DNA of 39,326 bases from Dehalococcoidia bacterium (GCA_029859145.1 JAOUDT010000001.1:1-39326), one strand, 5' to 3'. Shown: positions 22,054-31,017, counted from the stretch's first letter. Made by a program: numbers and translations. Notes: generated by a model from the sequence alone, not told the origin.

Positions 22054-23781
22054 ATGGGCATTTTATTAACTGATACCACGTTGCGAGATGCGCATCAATC
22101 ACTCATCGCCACCAGAATGCGCACCAACGATATGCTCCCTATCGCCGAGGAACTTGATAAAGTGGGTTTCTTCTCTCTTGAGGTATGGGGAGGAGCCACA
22201 TTTGATACATGTATCAGGTTCCTAAACGAGGACCCCTGGGAACGTCTCCGGCGCCTGAGGGAAAAGGTTAAGAACACCCGCCTGCAGATGCTTCTGCGAG
22301 GGCAGAATCTTGTCGGTTATCGCCACTATGCCGACGATGTACTGAAAGAGTTTATTCGCCTTGCTGTTAGGAACGGTATAGATGTCTTCCGCATATTTGA
22401 CGCCCTGAACGATATACGGAATATGAAACTGGCAATACAAGTGGCCAAGGACTATAAAGCGCACGTTCAGGGTGCAATCTCCTACACCATTAGCCCGGTG
22501 CACGCGACCGACAAGTTCGTCAAAATGGCAGTGGAACTGGAGCAACTGGGCTGCGATTCCGTCTGTATCAAGGACATGGCTGGCTTGATTTCGCCGGCAG
22601 CAGCGACGGAACTGACCAAAGCGATCAAAAGTCAGGTAAAGATACCACTAGATCTACACTCGCACTGCTCCAGCGGTATGGCACCGTCGAGTTATTATGC
22701 CGCTGCTCTCGCCGGTGTTGATATTCTTGACACAGCCTTTTCCGCCTTTGGCTGGGGAACTTCACAACCGCCCACGGAAAGCATGGCGGCTGCTTTTGAA
22801 GGCACATCCCATGATACCGGCCTTGACCTGGAGTTACTTTATCAAATTGGCGAGTACTTCGCCAGCTTGAGCGAAAAATACCGAGCGCTTTTTACTGCTG
22901 AGACTACACGCCCCAGTGTCAACGTTCTCCTCCACCAGATACCCGGCGGAATGCTTTCCAACTTGGTAAGCCAGCTAAGAGAACAGAACGCCCTCGACAG
23001 CTACAGCCAGGTACTGGAGGAAGTGCCCCGTGTGAGAGCCGACCTGGGCTATCCACCGCTGGTAACCCCAACGAGCCAAATCGTAGGGACTCAAGCCGTA
23101 TTGAACGTACTTTCGGGAGCACGCTACAAGCAAGTAACTCAGGAAGTAAGAAATTATCTGTTGGGTCAATACGGACGGCCGCCGGGTGAAGTCAATGAAG
23201 AGGTAAGGAGACAGGTAACAGGTGAAGACAAGCCCATAGATGCCCGTCCTGCGGACCTCATTAAGTCAGAGTTACCGAAATTGAAGAAAGAGGGGCAGAA
23301 GCTGGGCATTCTCCATAGAGAAGAGGACCTCATTACCTACGCCCTATATCCCCAGGTCGCAGTGAAATTCCTGCGCGGCGAAATTAGGGAGGAAGTCATG
23401 CCCTCTCCGGCCGAGGCGCCGGCAAAGACCTCCAGAGCGCCGGATTTACCTACGGAGTTCAGCGTTGACGTGGATGGCGAGGTGTTCAACATCAGGGTGA
23501 CCTCGGTGCTCGGGAAAGCTATACAAGTAGAAGAGGCGAAGAAACCTGCAGAGTTGCCGGCAGGAGCAGTGGTCTCACCAATACAGGGCATGGTTCTTGC
23601 CGTGAAAGCGAGAATAGGTGATAGAGTCAACAAAGGCGAGGTGCTATTGGTCATCGAGGCCATGAAAATGCAAAACCAGATAGTCTCTCCCCACGCAGGC
23701 GTTATCAAGAAAATATTGACCTTTCAGGGCGAATTGGTAAACGCCGGGGATGTGCTAATAGTGCTGGAACCCGAGAAGTAG
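22054..23781 (+). CDS. pycB: Pyruvate carboxylase subunit B (carboxyltransferase 5S domain plus C-terminal biotinyl domain; oxaloacetate decarboxylase alpha-like)
   Basis: 575 aa. The N-terminus is LTDTTLRDAHQSL (HMGL-like TIM barrel). The biotin attachment motif EAMKM lies near the C-terminus. Confidence 0.9.
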   Translation: MGILLTDTTLRDAHQSLIATRMRTNDMLPIAEELDKVGFFSLEVWGGATFDTCIRFLNEDPWERLRRLREKVKNTRLQMLLRGQNLVGYRHYADDVLKEFIRLAVRNGIDVFRIFDALNDIRNMKLAIQVAKDYKAHVQGAISYTISPVHATDKFVKMAVELEQLGCDSVCIKDMAGLISPAAATELTKAIKSQVKIPLDLHSHCSSGMAPSSYYAAALAGVDILDTAFSAFGWGTSQPPTESMAAAFEGTSHDTGLDLELLYQIGEYFASLSEKYRALFTAETTRPSVNVLLHQIPGGMLSNLVSQLREQNALDSYSQVLEEVPRVRADLGYPPLVTPTSQIVGTQAVLNVLSGARYKQVTQEVRNYLLGQYGRPPGEVNEEVRRQVTGEDKPIDARPADLIKSELPKLKKEGQKLGILHREEDLITYALYPQVAVKFLRGEIREEVMPSPAEAPAKTSRAPDLPTEFSVDVDGEVFNIRVTSVLGKAIQVEEAKKPAELPAGAVVSPIQGMVLAVKARIGDRVNKGEVLLVIEAMKMQNQIVSPHAGVIKKILTFQGELVNAGDVLIVLEPEK

Positions 23782-23841
23782 AGTGTGCAGTGTACGATAT
23801 GCTTTTGAAAGACGCCAGTACCAGCGAACAGGCAGGGCAAG

Positions 23842-25326
23842 ATGACAAACAAGATTCTGGTAGCCAACCGTGGTGAAATTGCCATACGTGTCATGCGGGC
23901 TTGCCGAGAGCTTGGCATCGTTTCCGTAGCCGTATATTCTGAAGCTGATAAAGACGCGCTGTTTGCCAAATATGCCGATGAAGCCTACTTCATAGGTCCG
24001 GCGCCGGCAATCGAGAGCTACCTCAACATAAAGAAGATCATCACAGTTGCCAAGGAATGCGGCGCTGAAGCTATACATCCTGGCTATGGCTTCCTAGCGG
24101 AACACCCGAACTTCGCCTACGCCTGCGAGAAAGAAGGAATCAAATTCGTTGGGCCATCCAGTAGAGTTCTTGAATTGATGGGCAATAAAGTGGCGGCACG
24201 GCAGGAAATGAAGAGAGCTGGCGTTCCTGTGGTACCAGGCACCGAGCAGTGTGTTACCGACCTCAGGCAGGCGGAAAACAGGGCCAGAGAGATTGGCTAT
24301 CCCGTCATCTGTAAACCGTCGGGTGGAGGTGGAGGCATCGGAATGACCATCGCTGCCGACGAAGCAGGACTGAAAGCAGCCCTTGAGTCCTCGCAGACCA
24401 TCGCTGCCGCAACATTTGGCTTGCCTGATGTCTACATCGAGAAATACCTGCAAAACCCCCGGCATATAGAATTCCAGATACTTGGAGACTCGCATGGTAA
24501 TATCATTCACCTCGGGGAGAGGGAGTGCTCTATACAGCGGAGACACCAGAAGCTGATTGAGGAGTCCCCTTCTCCGGTACTTACCTCACAACTTCGTGCC
24601 GAGATGGGGACCGCGGCAATAAAAGCTGCCCAGAGGGTTAACTACGAAGGTGCCGGAACGATGGAGTTCCTCTATTCAAATGGCAAGTATTATTTCCTGG
24701 AGGCAAACACTCGAGTCCAGGTGGAGCATCCGGTCACAGAAATAGTTACTGGAATTGACATTGTCAAAGAACAAATACGGATAGCCTCCGGCTTGCCATT
24801 GACCATCAAACAGGAGGATGTGCAACCCCGTGGCTGCGCGATTGAATGTCGCATCAACGCGGAGGATCCACTAAACAATTTCGCTCCATCGCCCGGTAAG
24901 CTAAGAGGCTACCGCTCACCTGGAGGCATCGGCATCCGGGTGGACAGCGGAGTTCACACCCGATATACCATACCCATGATTTACGATCCCATGATCTCCA
25001 AGCTCGTTGCTTGGGGCAGAGACCGCGAAGAGGCCATCGCCAGAATGCGGCGAGCGCTCTATGAGTACATTATCTCTGGAGTGAAAACCAATATACCGTT
25101 CCACAAGGCGGTCATGGAGAACCCCCGTTTTGTGAGAGGTGAGCTTGGCACCCATTTCGTCGAAAGCGAAACTTCCTTGCTGGAAGACATGAAAAGAATT
25201 GTCGAGCGTGAGAAACCTCTGGAAGAGAAGCTATCAGAGATATTCGATGAAAGGAAAAGGGTGGCAGCCATTGCCGCTGTAACCGCGCTAACCCGGTTGC
25301 CTTATTCCAGAACGCCGAAACTGTGA
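23842..25326 (+). CDS. pycA: Biotin carboxylase subunit (AccC-type; pyruvate carboxylase subunit A by context)
   Basis: 494 aa. Contains [23 protein letters not shown], the ATP-grasp motif GGGGIGM, and MEFLY and [14 protein letters not shown]. Confidence 0.92.
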   Translation: MTNKILVANRGEIAIRVMRACRELGIVSVAVYSEADKDALFAKYADEAYFIGPAPAIESYLNIKKIITVAKECGAEAIHPGYGFLAEHPNFAYACEKEGIKFVGPSSRVLELMGNKVAARQEMKRAGVPVVPGTEQCVTDLRQAENRAREIGYPVICKPSGGGGGIGMTIAADEAGLKAALESSQTIAAATFGLPDVYIEKYLQNPRHIEFQILGDSHGNIIHLGERECSIQRRHQKLIEESPSPVLTSQLRAEMGTAAIKAAQRVNYEGAGTMEFLYSNGKYYFLEANTRVQVEHPVTEIVTGIDIVKEQIRIASGLPLTIKQEDVQPRGCAIECRINAEDPLNNFAPSPGKLRGYRSPGGIGIRVDSGVHTRYTIPMIYDPMISKLVAWGRDREEAIARMRRALYEYIISGVKTNIPFHKAVMENPRFVRGELGTHFVESETSLLEDMKRIVEREKPLEEKLSEIFDERKRVAAIAAVTALTRLPYSRTPKL

Positions 25327-25391
25327 AGACTCTGTTCAGCAAAGAAGGAATTCCTTAGGAGAATGAAGAATCGACCTAGGGCAGGTTACGC

Positions 25392-25778
25392 ATGACTGAC
25401 GGAAGATTTGCCACCGCCGTTAACTGCATGGATGGAAGGGTGCAGATACCCGTAGTTGAGTGGCTGAAAAAGCAATACGGCGTGGACTATGTGGATATGA
25501 TTACCGAGCCAGGACCAGAGCGACTGCTGGCAGAAGGCAAAGACCGAAGGGGCATCGGATCAATACGTAGGCGCCTTCAAATATCGGTGACCCGCCATAA
25601 TTCAAAACTTGTTGCTATTGTGGGCCACCATGACTGCGCCGGCAATCCGACAGACAAAGAAACTCAACTGAGACAGCTATCCAATGCCGGCAAAACTGTG
25701 GAGTCGTGGAATTTTGGAGTCCGGGTAGTTGAATTATGGGTTGACGAGAAATGGGAGGTACAAAGACTAAGTACATAG
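25392..25778 (+). CDS. Small beta-carbonic-anhydrase-like protein (128 aa; CxDxR and HxxC zinc-site motifs)
   Basis: NCMDGR gives C12, D14 and R16. GHHDCAG gives H79 and C82. The order and spacing are similar to beta-class CAs. The protein is much shorter than canonical beta-CAs. The SD is weak (AGGGCAGG). Confidence 0.5.
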   Translation: MTDGRFATAVNCMDGRVQIPVVEWLKKQYGVDYVDMITEPGPERLLAEGKDRRGIGSIRRRLQISVTRHNSKLVAIVGHHDCAGNPTDKETQLRQLSNAGKTVESWNFGVRVVELWVDEKWEVQRLST

Positions 25779-25801
25779 ACAAGAATGGTATATATTACCT
25801 A

Positions 25802-25877
25802 TGGTGGGCGGTAGAGGACTTGAACCTCTGACCTCCTGTGTGTAAGACAGGCGCTCTCACCACTGAGCTAACCGCCC
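25802..25877 (-). tRNA. tRNA-Val (anticodon TAC), CCA encoded
   Basis: Manual fold of the reverse complement: GGGCGGT TA GCTC AGTGGTGA GAGC G CCTGT CTTACAC ACAGG AGGTC AGAGG TTCAAGT CCTCT ACCGCCC A CCA. Confidence 0.9.
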
Positions 25878-25878
25878 A

Positions 25879-25955
25879 TGGCACGCCTGGCGGGATTTGA
25901 ACCCGCGGCCTCAGCCTCCGCAGGGCTGCGCTCTATCCAGCTGAGCTACAGGCGC
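25879..25955 (-). tRNA. tRNA-Arg (anticodon GCG), CCA encoded
   Basis: Manual fold: acceptor GCGCCTG/CAGGCGT (G1-U72). The D-arm is GCTCAGCTGGATAGAGC with A20. The anticodon arm is CAGCC CTGCGGA GGCTG. The T-arm is GCGGG TTCAAAT CCCGC. The discriminator is G. Confidence 0.88.
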
Positions 25956-25972
25956 ACATGCACTCATACAGT

Positions 25973-26058
25973 TGGTGCCGAAGGAGGGATTTGAACCCTC
26001 ACGTCCTTAAGGACACTACGCCCTGAACGTAGCGCGTCTGCCATTCCGCCACTTCGGC
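25973..26058 (-). tRNA. tRNA-Leu (anticodon CAG), long variable arm, CCA encoded
   Basis: Manual fold: acceptor GCCGAAG, anticodon arm CTACG TTCAGGG CGTAG, variable arm TGTCCTTAAGGACGT, T-arm GAGGG TTCAAAT CCCTC. Confidence 0.9.
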
Positions 26059-26060
26059 GT

Positions 26061-26462
26061 CTATTGCCCCGCTTCAAATTCCTTCTTTGACACTGAGACA
26101 AAGATAACTGCCAGTATCCCCAGAATGAACATTGGAACGGAGCAGATAGCTCCGGCTAGCGACAGGCCAAAATTCCTCCTTCTCAGAGCTGAGACACCAC
26201 CTACTATTGCTACTATGCCAAGAGCAAAAAGAGGCACTCCGACTATAATGAGCCAGAATGGGATGACAGGCATGAAGGGCATCACATGCTGAAACCAATC
26301 GCCAGCGTGGGGCGGCATAATCGCTAGCCTCACCAGTATTCTAATGCCTATCGTCAAAACCCCTATTATCAGCCCACCAATTACCTCAAGCGCCCCTGCT
26401 ACTATGCTTAGGGCTCCGCCCGCAGTGAGTAAACCGCTTCTGCTGCTACCGTCAGATGCCAT
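26061..26462 (-). CDS. Hypothetical multi-pass membrane protein (133 aa, about 4 TM helices)
   Basis: The sequence is hydrophobic and Gly-rich (GGALSIVAGALEVIGGLIIGVL ...). AAGGAGG lies 7 nt upstream of the ATG. The gene lies between tRNA-Val(CAC) and tRNA-Leu, with 20-nt and 2-nt gaps. Confidence 0.6.
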   Translation of the reverse strand: MASDGSSRSGLLTAGGALSIVAGALEVIGGLIIGVLTIGIRILVRLAIMPPHAGDWFQHVMPFMPVIPFWLIIVGVPLFALGIVAIVGGVSALRRRNFGLSLAGAICSVPMFILGILAVIFVSVSKKEFEAGQ

Positions 26463-26482
26463 CTCTTTTCCTCCTTATCCCA

Positions 26483-26558
26483 TGGTGGGCAGTACAGGAT
26501 TTGAACCTGTGACCTTCGGTATGTGAAACCGACGCTCTAACCACTGAGCCAACTGCCC
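26483..26558 (-). tRNA. tRNA-Val (anticodon CAC), CCA encoded
   Basis: Manual fold: GGGCAGT TG GCTC AGTGGTTA GAGC G TCGGT TTCACAT ACCGA AGGTC ACAGG TTCAAAT CCTGT ACTGCCC A CCA. Confidence 0.9.
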
Positions 26559-26959
26559 GTCCTTAATGCGTACTGCTCATTAAGATATACTAACTTTACC
26601 ACACACGCAAAGGCATCGCAATCGAATTAGCACCAGCAGAGAACAGTTGTCTTCCTGAGTACTCCGATGGACTTGAATTTGGATCTGGACGGATTCTCGT
26701 GAATCGCAGCGTCACTTCCCAGCAGAATGCCCTCAAAGGCAGTTCAGAGCCCCTACAAGCCTCATCAACCACGTTCTCGGCCTTCTTCTTCATCCATTTT
26801 CGAAAACCCTGTTCTGCCATTTCTACGTACTTTGTCGCAAGACTGTAAATTACTGAGGTTGAGTCATCTCCTGTAACGGCATCAGCCAGAGGGCAGCTCT
26901 AGGGGTCAATCAGATCAGACACATGTAACTGAAGAGGATTGAGAAAGAATGCTGAAGTT

Positions 26960-27961
26960 TTACCTGAGTCGCTCCAGATCGGTACGCTGAAGGAGCTTCA
27001 TTCTTTCTTTGACTTCTCTTATGGTGTCTTTAGCTATGGCTTCAGCTCGATCGGCTCCATCGGCAAGCACTTGACCGACATAACCGGGCTTGGAGGCCAG
27101 ACTGGCCCGCCTTTCCCGGAAAGGCTTCAAATTCGAATTGATGCTCTCCGCCAATATCTTCTTGCAGTCCACACACCCAATCCCAGCGCTGCGGCACTCC
27201 GAGCCAATTTCCTCGACACGGGCCTCGGTAAAGAAATTGTGGAGTCGGAAAACATTGCATATCTCAGGATGCCCGGGGTCAGAGCGGTATCTCCGCGCAG
27301 GGTCGGTAACGGCTGTCATGACTCGCTTCGAGACCTCCTGAGGAGACGCAGAGATTTCAATATGGTTGTCATAGCTTTTGCTCATCTTCTGTACCCCATC
27401 CAGGCCCAAAACCAAGGGAAAATTGGTGAGCTTCGCCTGCGGCTCTGGAAAGACGACCCCAAAAAGCGAGTTAAAGCGACGCACTATCTCACGGGCCAAC
27501 TCCAGGTGAGGAAGCTGGTCCTCACCTACTGGAACAACCTCTCCCTTATAGAGGGCGATATCGGCAGTCATGAGAACAGGATAACCCACCAGCCCATAAT
27601 TGACGTTGTCCGGCTGCATCTTGACCTTCTCCTTAAATGTCGGCACGCGCAATAACCAGCCCAGAGGAGTCACCATGCTGAACAAAGTGTGGAGCTCCAT
27701 TACTTGAGGAACATGAGACTGAACGAAGATGATACTCCTCTGCGGGTCAATGCCCGCCGCCAGCCAGTCAAGCACCATTTCGTGAGTATCTTCCCGGATG
27801 GATTCTGTGTTTCCCAGAGTGGTGAGAGCATGAATATCCACGATGCAATAGACGCAGTCATATTCATCCTGGAGCGCCACGTAGTTCTGTATTGCCCCTA
27901 CATAGTTGCCGATATGCTGCCGGCCCGTAGGCCGTGCGCCGGAGAAAACGCGTTTTCTCAT
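26960..27961 (-). CDS. trpS: Tryptophan--tRNA ligase
   Basis: Start chosen at MRKRVFSGARPTGRQHIGNYVG (HIGH-type motif). The KMSKS motif is present. The ORF track extends 30 codons upstream to 28051. Confidence 0.92.
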   Translation of the reverse strand: MRKRVFSGARPTGRQHIGNYVGAIQNYVALQDEYDCVYCIVDIHALTTLGNTESIREDTHEMVLDWLAAGIDPQRSIIFVQSHVPQVMELHTLFSMVTPLGWLLRVPTFKEKVKMQPDNVNYGLVGYPVLMTADIALYKGEVVPVGEDQLPHLELAREIVRRFNSLFGVVFPEPQAKLTNFPLVLGLDGVQKMSKSYDNHIEISASPQEVSKRVMTAVTDPARRYRSDPGHPEICNVFRLHNFFTEARVEEIGSECRSAGIGCVDCKKILAESINSNLKPFRERRASLASKPGYVGQVLADGADRAEAIAKDTIREVKERMKLLQRTDLERLR

Positions 27962-28076
27962 TTTCGTGGCGAAGTCTAGCACACGGGAGAAGCAGGTAAC
28001 AAGGCTAAAGCGAATTGAGTGAGTGTCTGTTTTAAGGACCCGCTCCAGCAAGGCTACGGGGAGGAGAATTAGCGAT

Positions 28077-28104
28077 AGGGGAGGCCAGACAGTGGGCCTC
28101 CCCT
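28077..28104 (-). terminator. Strong stem-loop (10-bp stem AGGGGAGGCC/GGCCUCCCCU, 8-nt loop) between the secreted-protein gene and trpS
   Basis: Seen directly, 66 nt after the stop at 28170. There is no U-tract, so the terminator function is inferred. Confidence 0.4.
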
Positions 28105-28169
28105 CTTACCAGCCTTGCCCAGGTCAACGGTGGAACTCAAATTACCCGGGAGGTTTCAAGGAGTCAAGA

Positions 28170-29486
28170 CTAGGCTATCGGTACGTTATGGAAGATAACA
28201 CGGACAGTCTCACCAGGCGCTAGACTAATTTCGGCTGTTTCGTCAGTAACCAAACTAGGGGTAGAAGGATCGAGGTCGATAAATTCAATCTGACTCAGAT
28301 CCCAGCCGTCAGGCAGAAGCTCGGTCACTGTGTATGTTCCAGCACTCAGTGCCCCACTGTCCTTAGCTTCACCGTTCTTCAGGCTGAAGTCGTTACCGTA
28401 GCTGGGATCAAACCAGAAGGCTTCTGCACCAAGAGTATCAGCGGGCGCGTCTTTTTCAACGATAATGTGACTCCCGAAGGTGGTTGTGACCACAGGGTAG
28501 AACCTTAGTTGCACCAGCTTGGTGCCATCATTCATGAGCCCTTGCTCGGTAATCACAAGGTCAGCAATATTGAAAATCCACTCGTTTGCAAAGTACCAGG
28601 CCATTGGTTCGGCTAAGGCAGCCATATCGGTCAACCAAGCTTCTACATCAAGTTCATCAACGGAGCCATCATTATTGTAGTCTTGGTTGTCGGGAGTGAA
28701 GGGATCGCCGTCATAGTCAGCTACCGGAACATCGCTTGTGTCTATGACTTCATCACCGTTGGCATCAAGCGTAGCATCGACTACCCAGCCTGTGTAGACA
28801 AACAGGCGAGTGATGTCCACCGCCCTGGACTTGCCCCTGCCTGCTGCCGTTGGGTCTTCGAATCGGCGCAATACCTGTTCACTCGGATCAGGCAAATAGA
28901 GGTTCTCGCCGACGATGAGTCCCAGCATGAGTTCAGGGTCTTCCGGACACTCGGTGTAGTTGCCAAATTCAGGATTGCCGGGATCATTGCATGCCTCTAC
29001 CACTGTGTTCGGGTACAGGATGATATTGCTGCTCGGCTCAATCTTGCCGTTATTTGGCTTTGCCAGAATTCTGGCGAACACATAGTAGCCACCCGCCGGG
29101 GTAGGCACGTCCTCGACCAGCACCTGGTAGGGCAATTGAACTTTAGCTACTCCATCACCGTAGGGTTCCGGCATGGCACACTGGTCAAGCACCGTCAGGT
29201 CGTACACTGATCCCTTTTTATTGGAGACGTATTGTATGGTTGATGCACCGTACTCAGCGACAAATACCGATCTGCCGCCTGGCGTCGCATCGCAAACGAA
29301 TGTCTCGGGATCCTTGCCGTGGATATTCAGGTTGAAATGCTGTCCGCTCGGAAATCCGTTGCTCAGAGCAATGACATCCTTCCCCGAGCCTGATTCTTGC
29401 GGTTTAGCCCCCATTACAGCCGTTGCGCCGACCAGAAGCGCCACAAGTGTCAAAGCAATAACAACGAACACCATCCTTCTTTTCAT
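28170..29486 (-). CDS. Secreted hypothetical protein: signal peptide, central Ca-binding-loop region, C-terminal prealbumin/CnaB(SpaA)-like domain
   Basis: 438 aa. The N-terminus MKRRMVFVVIALTLVALLVGATAVMGA is signal-peptide-like. DANGDEVID and DYNNDGSVDELD are EF-hand/dockerin-type DxNxDG loops. The C-terminus GTYTVTELLPDGWDL...APGETVRVIFHN is typical of CnaB/SpaA-fold domains. AAGGAGG SD is present. Confidence 0.7.
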   Translation of the reverse strand: MKRRMVFVVIALTLVALLVGATAVMGAKPQESGSGKDVIALSNGFPSGQHFNLNIHGKDPETFVCDATPGGRSVFVAEYGASTIQYVSNKKGSVYDLTVLDQCAMPEPYGDGVAKVQLPYQVLVEDVPTPAGGYYVFARILAKPNNGKIEPSSNIILYPNTVVEACNDPGNPEFGNYTECPEDPELMLGLIVGENLYLPDPSEQVLRRFEDPTAAGRGKSRAVDITRLFVYTGWVVDATLDANGDEVIDTSDVPVADYDGDPFTPDNQDYNNDGSVDELDVEAWLTDMAALAEPMAWYFANEWIFNIADLVITEQGLMNDGTKLVQLRFYPVVTTTFGSHIIVEKDAPADTLGAEAFWFDPSYGNDFSLKNGEAKDSGALSAGTYTVTELLPDGWDLSQIEFIDLDPSTPSLVTDETAEISLAPGETVRVIFHNVPIA

Positions 29487-29919
29487 GATATATCCTCCTT
29501 GCTGTTAAGCGTTTGGATGAAGCACAGTTTTACAGGGCGTAGCTGATTCTGTCTGCGGCATCACCTCCTTTCTCTAGGCATCCCCTTATTGGGGCTGCCA
29601 GCTCCTTCAACTGCCAATCTGGAGGTTAGGTAACCCCCCGGCTCAAGTGCAGCAAACGAAAGGTCTGGGTATCGGCAGGCCAACATACTGTCTCTTCTTT
29701 CCGCCACGCTGTACCCCTATAACATTAGTCGCACAAATCCCGCCTAATCCCTCGTCCACGTGGAAAGTGGTGCACCACCAGAATAGGTTGTTTGGCAGCT
29801 TATGCGGTAACCGGTCCAGTGAGTTTCGTACTGAACACAAGGTATAGAAGCATGAAAGGGCAGCTGCGTTGCCAACTCGGTTCGGATTTCCAGGACAGCC
29901 GCCCAGACAGGGCAAGAGT

Positions 29920-30792
29920 TCAGCCTTCGATGAATTCTCTTATATAGGAATTGACCAGTTCCGGCTTTTCATGAATGACCCAATGCGAGCCATCGGGAAT
30001 GCGCTTCATGGTCAGGTTTGGTACGTATTTCTCCAAGCCTTCCAGATTTCCTGTAAGCAGGTATCTGTCTTTCTCTCCCCAGATGACCAGCGTCGCCACC
30101 CTGACCGCGAATAGTGAAGGATCTGCGGACAAGATGTCATCGCTTTCACCTGTGAAAGGGCCGAGGTGTGCGGCCCGGTAATAGTTTAAGCCGCCGGTCA
30201 GCGCTCCAGGCTGCGACCAGGCTTCGATATATGCTTTTCTGTCTTCTTCTGTGAAATACCCCTCTTTTATCCCATCCTTCAAGAGGTTACTGACAAGTAT
30301 TGCATAGTTGTTTTCTGACAGTATCTTCTCTGCCTCGGCAGTCCGATGTACCAGAATATACTGGCTGGCTTTCTGTTGCGCCGGGCTATCACGGAGTTCG
30401 CGCACAAAGGTAATGGGATGTGGGGCATTTATGATAATGAGTTTCTCCAGGTATTCAGGATGACGCATCGCGAAGGGCCAGGCTACCCCACCACCCCAGT
30501 CATGGGCCACGAGTATGAATTGCCTATGCCCAAGGTGCTCGGCAAGAGCACGTACGTCTTCAACCAGATATTTAATTCGATACTGCTCAACTTCCGCAGG
30601 TTTCGATGACAGGTTGTAGCCGCGCATGTCGGGAGCCACAGCCTGGTAATCTCGTCCAAATTCGGCAAGCTGATTCTTCCACCCGTACCAGAACTCAGGG
30701 AAACCGTGGAGGAACATTATCAGTTTCCCCTCCCCCGCAGTTACATAGTGGAGGCCTATGTTATTGACATCCGCATATTTGTGTTCGAACAT
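29920..30792 (-). CDS. Alpha/beta hydrolase of the epoxide hydrolase / haloalkane dehalogenase type (Asp nucleophile)
   Basis: Contains HGFPEFWYGW and the nucleophile motif VAHDWGG. Start chosen at MFEHKY (AGGA 6 nt upstream). Alternative starts are at 30810 and 30846. Confidence 0.85.
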   Translation of the reverse strand: MFEHKYADVNNIGLHYVTAGEGKLIMFLHGFPEFWYGWKNQLAEFGRDYQAVAPDMRGYNLSSKPAEVEQYRIKYLVEDVRALAEHLGHRQFILVAHDWGGGVAWPFAMRHPEYLEKLIIINAPHPITFVRELRDSPAQQKASQYILVHRTAEAEKILSENNYAILVSNLLKDGIKEGYFTEEDRKAYIEAWSQPGALTGGLNYYRAAHLGPFTGESDDILSADPSLFAVRVATLVIWGEKDRYLLTGNLEGLEKYVPNLTMKRIPDGSHWVIHEKPELVNSYIREFIEG

Positions 30793-30936
30793 GTCTTTTC
30801 CTAGCGGCATGATGTCTTTCTTAATCTCGCACTGCGCGCAAATCAATATCAGAGCGAATGACTCCGGCTACTGGCCTTGCCAGTACTTTGGATAAAGATA
30901 GAACTTCCTCTAAGTCGGGTTCGCATACTAGGAATC

Positions 30937-31013
30937 TGGTAGCGCATACGGGATTTGAACCCGTGATCTCCTCCTTGAGAGGGAGGTGTCCTAGGCCTCT
31001 AGACGAATGCGCC
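30937..31013 (-). tRNA. tRNA-Glu (anticodon CTC), CCA encoded
   Basis: Manual fold: GGCGCAT TC GTCTAGAGGCCTAGGAC A CCTCC CTCTCAA GGAGG ... CGGG TTCAAAT CCCG ... ATGCGCT A CCA. Confidence 0.88.
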
Positions 31014-31017
31014 ACAC

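Noticed and set aside
26596-26820. 74-aa minus-strand ORF in the 400-nt gap between trpS and tRNA-Val(CAC)
   Set aside because: It has no SD. Only the first 20 or so residues look protein-like and the rest looks random. It may be a decayed gene, but I cannot support a call.
27962-28169. Possible T-box riboswitch or other leader upstream of trpS
   Set aside because: The 208-nt leader has a strong hairpin. However, I could not find the conserved T-box sequence (AAnnnGGGTGGnACCGCG), a specifier-loop arrangement or an antiterminator alternative. The nearest string is GGTGGAACTC, and it lies on the wrong strand.
29643-29915. 90-aa Cys-rich minus-strand ORF in the long leader
   Set aside because: It has no SD, odd composition and an overlapping opposite-strand ORF of similar length. 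I treat it as non-coding.
29487-29919. c-di-GMP-I (GEMM)-like strings (GCAAACGAAAGG, GGGGGTTACC) in the long intergenic region
   Set aside because: The GCAAAC/GAAA elements are on the plus strand, which has no downstream gene. The two-helix GEMM architecture with conserved GGCAAA and CGCAAAGCC blocks is not present.
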